Below, piece after piece: positions 50,926 through 56,661 of a stretch of 56,661 bases of DNA. Where the stretch lies: NCBI GenBank assembly GCA_038046485.1, contig JBBSWA010000002.1, positions 1-56,661 on the forward strand, in the 5' to 3' direction. Below the pieces are notes generated by a model that was not told the origin of the DNA, searched no databases, and saw nothing but the letters and a program-made list of their open reading frames with translations. The first letter of the stretch is position 1. Each line of letters opens with the position of its first letter. This stretch comes from Nanobdellota archaeon (GTDB taxonomy: Archaea > Nanobdellota > Nanobdellia > Woesearchaeales > SM23-78). The translations under genes were made by a program, and so were the position numbers.

Positions 50926-52722
50926 ATGTCGTTAGAAAGGGTACTTGGCCATTGTCTTGCTTCTCAGGGAATTCGTCAATGGGTGGAGCAAGGAAAAATA
51001 ATCGTGCCTTCCATGCAGAAAGGACAGATACAACCTTCTTCTTTTGAGCCAGTCATTGGCGATGAGATTTTTATTTTAGATACAGAAGATGCAGGTCTTT
51101 TCAGACCACAAGCAAATGAGTCCATCTACAGAACTTTGCTTAAGTTACCAGGGCGTAAACGTCAAAGAATTCAGCTGCGCAAGGGGTTTGAACTCAAACG
51201 GGGATATACCTATATCGCTCCTCTTTCGTTAAAACTAAATTTGACAGAAAATGAAGTAGTGAGATCTTCTCCCAAAAGCAGCATTGGAAGAGTATTTTTG
51301 CAGACAAGAATGATGGCAGATTACAATCAGGGTTTTGAAGAAATACAAGGGAGAGAGGGTAAATCGCTGGACTCTTGGTTGCTCATTCAACCTCGTGCAT
51401 TTAATGTAGTGATTGCACCAGGGTTGTCTCTCAATCAGATAAGGTTTATGAATGGTTTGGATGCAAAACTTTCCGCCTCAGAAATTAAAGAGGAAATCGG
51501 GCAAAATCCTATTTTGTATACAAAAACAAGAGAGGGAGAAGTGGTTCCAGCGCAGCATTACATTACAGATGGGTTAAGGATCCACCTGGGTTTATCAGGC
51601 ATACATACAAATGGGATTGTGGGCTTAAGAGCGAGAAGAAATCCAGCAGCCATTGATTTGCGACTAAAAGAAGCCTATAAGGCAGAAGAATTCTTTGAGC
51701 CTCTTGTGCACAAGGAAGGGCGAATTGTGATAGACAGTTTAATGCAATACTACTTAATCGCTTCGCATGAAATATTAAAAATTCCAGCTCACCTAAACAG
51801 CGAATTAAGGCGATATTCCACTATAGGACTTGTGGGTCCTTTGGACTTTGCCGGTTTCATTGATAATGGTTTTGAAGGAGATTTAGTATTTGAGATTAGG
51901 TCTGATGAAATGTCTAATATGGAGTTAACAGATGGGATGCCAGTTAGCTACTTAGATTTTTTCAGAACCCCTGTTCCAGAGAAACTTTATGGTGCTGAAA
52001 TTGGTTCCAGTTATCAAGGTCAAACAGGAGTTAAGCCAGCTAAATACTTTGGACCCTTTGACTTCAAATTCGCAGCAAAAAACTATAAAAAATTAGATAG
52101 GGAAGTATTGGTTCAGGATGCAAGAGTGTTGCAAAGTCATAGGAAACAATCGGTTGGATTCGAGTGGATGGATGGTGCACAAGCAGAGACTCTTTTTGGG
52201 GATATTAACGGCGGGTTCTTCCAATCCAGGTATGATTGTGAGTATGATCCTGCTCTTCTTCAACTCCTCCCATATGTGGTGGTGTTCGGTCCGGATAAAA
52301 CAGTGTATTCTTATGTAAGAGCTGAGAATATTCAGGATTATGGAGAGGAGCGACTGTTTGGGAAGCATTCTATCGGTTTAGGAGGTCATATTGCTAGGGA
52401 GGATGCTCCAGATTATATCATGACTTGTCTAAATCGAGAGGCTTTTAGAGAAGAGGTCTCTATGGAAGGGACATATTCAGAGCCTAAGTTCTTAGGAACG
52501 TTGTTTCAATCGGACACGCCAGTAGATCAGGTTCATTTGGGTTTGATTTTTGCTGTGCACACAAAAGGAAGGGCTAGACAGAAAGAGTCTTCTATTGTTT
52601 CAGGTGAGATGAGGTCTATGGATGAACTGGTTAAGGATCCGAATCGCGATAGAAAATATGAAACTTGGAGCAGAGTCTTAATATCTCACTTGCCTCAATT
52701 GTACGAAAGGTCTCTTTCTTAG
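50926..52722 (+). CDS. DCD-type 2'-deoxycytidine 5'-triphosphate deaminase fused to a C-terminal Nudix-like domain
   Basis: The N-terminal ~390 aa resemble the long DCD family (GIRQWVEQGKI...QIQPSSFEPVIGDEIF, double dCTP-deaminase-like halves). The C-terminal ~200 aa carry a degenerate Nudix box, GGHIAREDAPDYIMTCLNREAFREEV. Confidence 0.6.
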   Translation: MSLERVLGHCLASQGIRQWVEQGKIIVPSMQKGQIQPSSFEPVIGDEIFILDTEDAGLFRPQANESIYRTLLKLPGRKRQRIQLRKGFELKRGYTYIAPLSLKLNLTENEVVRSSPKSSIGRVFLQTRMMADYNQGFEEIQGREGKSLDSWLLIQPRAFNVVIAPGLSLNQIRFMNGLDAKLSASEIKEEIGQNPILYTKTREGEVVPAQHYITDGLRIHLGLSGIHTNGIVGLRARRNPAAIDLRLKEAYKAEEFFEPLVHKEGRIVIDSLMQYYLIASHEILKIPAHLNSELRRYSTIGLVGPLDFAGFIDNGFEGDLVFEIRSDEMSNMELTDGMPVSYLDFFRTPVPEKLYGAEIGSSYQGQTGVKPAKYFGPFDFKFAAKNYKKLDREVLVQDARVLQSHRKQSVGFEWMDGAQAETLFGDINGGFFQSRYDCEYDPALLQLLPYVVVFGPDKTVYSYVRAENIQDYGEERLFGKHSIGLGGHIAREDAPDYIMTCLNREAFREEVSMEGTYSEPKFLGTLFQSDTPVDQVHLGLIFAVHTKGRARQKESSIVSGEMRSMDELVKDPNRDRKYETWSRVLISHLPQLYERSLS

Positions 52723-52865
52723 GTTGTATCAAGCTAGTAGTGCCTTAAGAACAATGTCCTAAGAAAAAGGTTACATATAATTATGTATAATTTATGTATA
52801 ATTCTTTCAAGACAAGGTTTTCAAAAAAGAAAAGGATAAGAAAAAAAGAAATAAGTTGTTTGGTT

Positions 52866-53438
52866 TTATCCAAACAATTGAGCGGCTAGGCCAACTACGC
52901 CTACACTGTTTCGCTTGTTCACAAAGCGCTTATCAGATCTACTCGGTCCGAAGATCCAAGCAGCCATACCCATAACACCTTCTACTTTTTCATAGAGAGT
53001 GGCGGTTTCTAAGCGTAAGGGGAACAATCGTCCAGCCATTCCAACAACACCGATGGCGTTGGTGATTTCAGCTGGCGTGTAAAACGCTTCTTCGCTGGTA
53101 ATGCCTGGGATTTGTCCTTCTTCAATTAATCGTAAGCCCTCATTCTCTCGAAGAGAAGCTAGAGTATTGGATTGAACAAAGTTGGCTGCGCCAGGATTGT
53201 TGTACTCATTGTTGTATCGCAAGAAGTACGGGTTAGTGCCTATTTGAGGCATAACTCGTTCAGCACTGTAAATGGTGGGCGAAATAGATCGAGTAGAATC
53301 TTCCATAAAAAAGCTAGGTAGGTTCTTTCGAGATAATCCGTCGTATACACTTACGACTCCGTATTCTCCGTCTTGGGCTAGAGCAAAGACGCTCCCAATT
53401 AAAAGCCCCATTAACATTATTAGCAGTCGGTTCTTCAT
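52866..53438 (-). CDS. secreted hypothetical protein
   Basis: Signal peptide MKNRLLIMLMGLLIGSVFALA. The C-terminal half repeats the motif GVVGMAGRLFP / GVMGMAAWIFGP / GVVGLAAQLFG. Confidence 0.55.
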   Translation of the reverse strand: MKNRLLIMLMGLLIGSVFALAQDGEYGVVSVYDGLSRKNLPSFFMEDSTRSISPTIYSAERVMPQIGTNPYFLRYNNEYNNPGAANFVQSNTLASLRENEGLRLIEEGQIPGITSEEAFYTPAEITNAIGVVGMAGRLFPLRLETATLYEKVEGVMGMAAWIFGPSRSDKRFVNKRNSVGVVGLAAQLFG

Positions 53439-53637
53439 TATTCACCCCTCCGAAAGGTTTTTTGGATGGTTATCGTCGTGTTGTGATCTCCTTATATTTA
53501 AACTTTTCCTTTGCCTATCTCTGGTTTCTATATATAGGTTCTCTGTGAAGGAAATCCAACAATGGCTTGAGAAGTGGCTTTGTTTTTAAAGCTTTCTATT
53601 ACCTTGAAAGGGAAAGTTCAAATTAATAAAAAAATGT

Positions 53638-54849
53638 TTACGGATCGCTGTAGATCCACTGGTTTTTAGGTCCTCGAATCTCAGGATTGAAGGCAAAGTT
53701 AGGGTTGGGGGCAAAGTTTTCAAAGCCTCCAATGAATCCGCCTCGGTTTCGTAGTTCCATGGGTCCAGGGATAAAACCAAATCGATCTCGGTTTTCCATA
53801 GGTCCTGGGTTGAATCCGCTTCGGTCTCGAATCTCCATGGGTCCAGGGATAAATCCTCCTCGGTTTCTGGTTTCATCAGGTCCAGGGATAAATCCGCCTC
53901 GGTTTCTGGTTTCATCAGGTCCAGGGATAAATCCGCCTCGGTTTCGAGTTTCTTCGGGTCCAGGGGCAAAGCCGCCTCGGTTTCGGGTTTCTTCTTGGCC
54001 TGGGTTGAATCCGCCTCGATTGCGGGTTTCCATGGCTCCAGAGGTGAATCCGCCTCGGTTTCGTGTTTCCATAGCGCCCGTGTTGAATTCTCGTTGACCA
54101 TTTCGTAGTTCGCTGCCCGGTAGGAAGTCAATGCGGGGGTTGCGTACTTCTAGGCTGTTGACAAAGGCACCTTTGTAGCAGGGTTGAATGCCTGCTCCGC
54201 CTTGTCCTCCTCCAACATCAGCAAAGAGTCGGTGGTGGCCTTGTCGGTATTGAAATTGCTCAGCTAAAGGAAGTTGGTTGAATCGTTCAGCAGAGATAGG
54301 ATCAACAGATTCATAGTAGTCGTTGAAGGTTTGTGTTTCATCGTCAACGTGAGTGTAATCTTTGTATTGATTGGTATTATGGTGGATATCTTGACTGTAT
54401 TCAATGTCATTATACCACGTGGCAGGATCTACTGTGGTGTGTTCTTCACTGTATTCCTTAACTGTGGTGCTTGGGTCGTGTTCAATGAGGACATCTTGAT
54501 GGTCAAGGGCGTATTGGGGGTTGTCAAAGTGATTGGGGTTGGAAAATACGATGGCTGCTTCTTTATAGCTTCGAACTTGGCTTTGAGCCCCGTTATCACA
54601 GTAGCCTTGGTAAGTAGTGCTTGGATAGGAGCTAATAGCTCCATTGAGGTAGCTTACAGCAGGGGAAGTAGCTGCAGTATAAGGCTCAGTAAATCCGTAT
54701 CGCGGAAGGCCATAGGCTCCACCTTGTGCAAATCCTTGTCCCATGCCGCCTTGGCCGCCTTGAACAGGGGGATAAGGATCTATATGGGCAAAGCTAAGGG
54801 TAGCTAAAACAAGGAAGATTCCAAGGTAGACTAATCTCTTAGCGTGCAT
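53638..54849 (-). CDS. secreted protein with about 9-10 tandem 13-aa ETRNRGGFxPGPx repeats
   Basis: Signal peptide MHAKRLVYLGIFLVLATLSFA. A G/Q/Y/N/D-rich middle region, then repeats at aa ~246-376. Confidence 0.65.
   Translation of the reverse strand: MHAKRLVYLGIFLVLATLSFAHIDPYPPVQGGQGGMGQGFAQGGAYGLPRYGFTEPYTAATSPAVSYLNGAISSYPSTTYQGYCDNGAQSQVRSYKEAAIVFSNPNHFDNPQYALDHQDVLIEHDPSTTVKEYSEEHTTVDPATWYNDIEYSQDIHHNTNQYKDYTHVDDETQTFNDYYESVDPISAERFNQLPLAEQFQYRQGHHRLFADVGGGQGGAGIQPCYKGAFVNSLEVRNPRIDFLPGSELRNGQREFNTGAMETRNRGGFTSGAMETRNRGGFNPGQEETRNRGGFAPGPEETRNRGGFIPGPDETRNRGGFIPGPDETRNRGGFIPGPMEIRDRSGFNPGPMENRDRFGFIPGPMELRNRGGFIGGFENFAPNPNFAFNPEIRGPKNQWIYSDP
53722..54114. repeat. 39-bp tandem repeat array (coding)
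   Basis: Adjacent units are near-identical, e.g. CCAGGGATAAATCCGCCTCGGTTTCTGGTTTCATCAGGT twice in a row around 53882-53959. It keeps all frames open, which produces shadow ORFs. Confidence 0.85.
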
Positions 54850-55031
54850 AGAAGAGGTTTGAGCTGAAATACTATTTAAATCTTTCGTTTTTAGTTACTA
54901 TAAAGTGATAAATTACAGCCTTTTCTTCACTAACAAAAATTTCGTGGGTTTGAAGCCCCATACGTTAGCACAAAATTTTTGGGAGTTCCAAAAATCCGCT
55001 TGCAGAAGCGAGGAGCGTAAAGTCACGGGCT

Positions 55032-55373
55032 TTAGCCCGTGGATAGTTTTGAGTGGCGGATTTTTGTTACATACGGCATCCGCATATACTCTTTACAAAC
55101 TCCGCAGGTATACACAACTTTGTGCTGGGTCAATCGCACTCGACAGTTTACACCAGGCATTAAGTAAGAATGGCACTTCTTGCAGAATCTTCGTTTATAC
55201 TCGTGTGGCATCTGAACCCGAGCCTTCATCGCAATCTTCCGAGCAAGCTCTACATAACGATTCGAGAGTTCAGGTCGCTTCTTGAACTGCTCTTCAGCCT
55301 CCAAAAATAAGGTATGAATACGGTCCACTGCCAGTTTTTTCTTTTCTTTCGGATCCTTGAATTTCTTGGGCAT
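55032..55373 (-). CDS. rnp4: RNase P protein component 4 (Rpp21/Rpr2)
   Basis: RIHTLFLEAEEQFKKRPELSNRYVELARKIAMK plus the zinc ribbon FCKKCHSYL...YTCGVCKEY. Start moved to ATG 55373 (MPKKFKD). Confidence 0.8.
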   Translation of the reverse strand: MPKKFKDPKEKKKLAVDRIHTLFLEAEEQFKKRPELSNRYVELARKIAMKARVQMPHEYKRRFCKKCHSYLMPGVNCRVRLTQHKVVYTCGVCKEYMRMPYVTKIRHSKLSTG

Positions 55374-55524
55374 TCTTAAACAAAGATCAGCCAGGCATAA
55401 AAAGCTTATGAAAAAGCACATAAATCGCCGACCGGTCAGGGAGGCGCTCTGTACGTTATGTCTTTCTGTACGTTATGTTTTTTAGTCTCTAAATACATAT
55501 AAACCTAAAAGCATATCCAAACAG

Positions 55525-56151
55525 ATGCAAATCCTCAATTTAGACATCGATCGCTTGAACCATGCTGCCTTCAAGATCAAGGGCAGCCAGACAATATATA
55601 TAGATCCATTTCACATCAAGGAAGGTTTAGAACCTGCGGATATCCTTCTGATCAGTCATGAGCATTTCGATCATTGCAGTCCAGAGGACATAAAAAAGAT
55701 TGCCAATGAAAACACGACCTTAGTCACCGTCGCCGATAACCTGAGCAAGCTCCACAATCTAAAACTAAAAGAAGTCTTGCTCGTAGAACCTGGGAAAACG
55801 ATTACCATCGGAAGCGCCAAGATCGAAGCCGTTCCTGCGTACAACACCAACAAGCATTTCCATCCCAAAGATAATTGCTGGGTGGGTTTCATTGTAGAGA
55901 TGGACGGCAACCGTGTCTATCATGGTGGCGACACCGACTTCATCCCAGAAATGGCTTCTTTCAAGACGGACATCGCTCTCTTGCCCGTATCCGGAACCTA
56001 CGTGATGACAGCCGAGGAAGCCGTACAAGCCATCGCTGCCATCAAACCAAAAATTGCCATTCCTATGCATTATGGGGACATCATCGGTACCGTAGCCGAT
56101 GCAGAAAGATTCAAGGAATTAGTCAAAGGCTGTGAAGTAAGGATTTTATGA
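55525..56151 (+). CDS. MBL-fold metal-dependent hydrolase (UPF0173-like)
   Basis: SHEHFDH (HxHxDH) metallo-beta-lactamase motif and later His/Asp ligands. 208 aa. Confidence 0.8.
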   Translation: MQILNLDIDRLNHAAFKIKGSQTIYIDPFHIKEGLEPADILLISHEHFDHCSPEDIKKIANENTTLVTVADNLSKLHNLKLKEVLLVEPGKTITIGSAKIEAVPAYNTNKHFHPKDNCWVGFIVEMDGNRVYHGGDTDFIPEMASFKTDIALLPVSGTYVMTAEEAVQAIAAIKPKIAIPMHYGDIIGTVADAERFKELVKGCEVRIL

Positions 56152-56460
56152 TTTCTTACTCGCTGTCAACATCACCGCAATCTGTTCTCCATCCACTTCC
56201 GCACTGTGCACCGTATTCTTCAGGAATTCAATGCGATCACCGGGGTTCAATACAAACCTCTCTTTACCAATAACAAACCTCATTCTTCCTTTGACCATGA
56301 CCCGTACCTCATCGTAAGGATGGCTGTGGTCTGGATACGCGTCCCCGGGGTTGGAAGTGAATAAGTTAGGATCCAATCCTTCTGCGATGAGTTCTTTTTC
56401 AAGTAAACCTAGCGTGGGTTTTCCAGTGCGTTTCCATCGGGTGACTTTAACCTTTTGCAT
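56146..56460 (-). CDS. cupin-domain protein
   Basis: GDAYPDHSHPYDEVRVMVKG ... PGDRIEFLKNTVHSAE matches the two cupin motifs. Confidence 0.7.
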   Translation of the reverse strand: MQKVKVTRWKRTGKPTLGLLEKELIAEGLDPNLFTSNPGDAYPDHSHPYDEVRVMVKGRMRFVIGKERFVLNPGDRIEFLKNTVHSAEVDGEQIAVMLTASKKS

Positions 56461-56510
56461 GAGTATCTGTAAGGATTAGCTTTATATATAGCTTTTTGTT
56501 ATAAGCGCTT

Positions 56511-56661
56511 ATGGGTTACAATACAGCTCCTTCAGGGTATCAAGTCCAGCAACCGCTCTACCAGGTGCAAAACTATGTCGGTCGTCCAAGGCAGAAAAAG
56601 TGGGTCTCCGGAACCTGTACTTGCATGAAACAAGGAGCTTGTAGGGGTACGTGTCTTCCTA
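56511..56661 (+). CDS. hypothetical protein, 5' fragment running off the window
   Basis: ATG 56511 lies 20 nt after CTTTATATATAG. Translation is MGYNTAPSGYQVQQPLYQVQNYVGRPRQKKWVSGTCTCMKQGACRGTC..., open to the window end. Confidence 0.35.
   Translation, partial: MGYNTAPSGYQVQQPLYQVQNYVGRPRQKKWVSGTCTCMKQGACRGTCLP

Noticed and set aside
53586-54131. ORFs 53586..54131 (-) and 53687..54097 (+) overlapping the repeat protein gene
   Set aside because: These are shadow ORFs. The 39-bp tandem repeat keeps all frames open. Only the 53638..54849 frame has a signal peptide and a non-repetitive domain.
54990-55075. Possible RNase P RNA fragment or H/ACA-like sRNA next to the Rpp21 gene (GAGGAGCGTAAAGTCACGGGC; long stem CAAAAATCCGC...GCGGATTTTTG followed by ACA)
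   Set aside because: The resemblance to the universal GAGGAAAGUCCGGGC P4 segment is interrupted by insertions. No matching 3' P4 strand or other conserved regions were found. The 3' half overlaps the Rpp21 coding sequence on the other strand. I could find no convincing K-turn for an H/ACA fold. It is kept only as a weak note.

Overview
Gene-dense fragment of a small, AT-leaning archaeal genome, most consistent with a DPANN-type or similarly reduced archaeon. This is an inference from gene content, not a database hit. Archaeal markers: ribosomal protein L35Ae, transcription factor E, RNase P protein Rpp21/Rpr2, ZPR1 zinc finger, two class-III-signal-peptide pilins, SepF and SecDF. TATA boxes sit about 20-25 nt upstream of many start codons, so many genes look leaderless. 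Two tRNAs carry introns, including non-canonical positions. Bacterial-looking genes are mixed in: an nrdR - class II RNR - PduO operon with tandem NrdR boxes, class I GAPDH + PGK, and a GAF-GGDEF cyclase. There are five toxin-antitoxin-like modules (2 VapBC, 1 MNT-HEPN, 2 convergent RelE-like pairs). Two genes are disrupted: DUF5680 by an in-frame TGA, and an IMPase by a frameshift in a C9 run. Several orphan gene clusters are present. No CRISPR array, rRNA or transposase was seen. The main unexplained signal is a family of 126-178 nt long-hairpin elements (4547, 19783, 21817, 27481) plus a ~220 nt relative (22488). Their helices covary between copies, they share a conserved asymmetric bulge and a G-run/C-run/G-run core, and three of four copies have flanking direct repeats. 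One copy supplies the start codon of a pilin gene. Other candidates: a GGDEF cyclase in an archaeal context beside orphan genes and a lone HerA ATPase; an exact 13-mer CCATTCTAGAATA upstream of three promoters; a DCD-type dCTP deaminase fused to a Nudix-like domain; a secreted protein with 13-aa ETRNRGGFxPGPx repeats; and two orphan clusters (1-7091 membrane-anchored coiled coils; 27743-29987 translationally coupled triplet).
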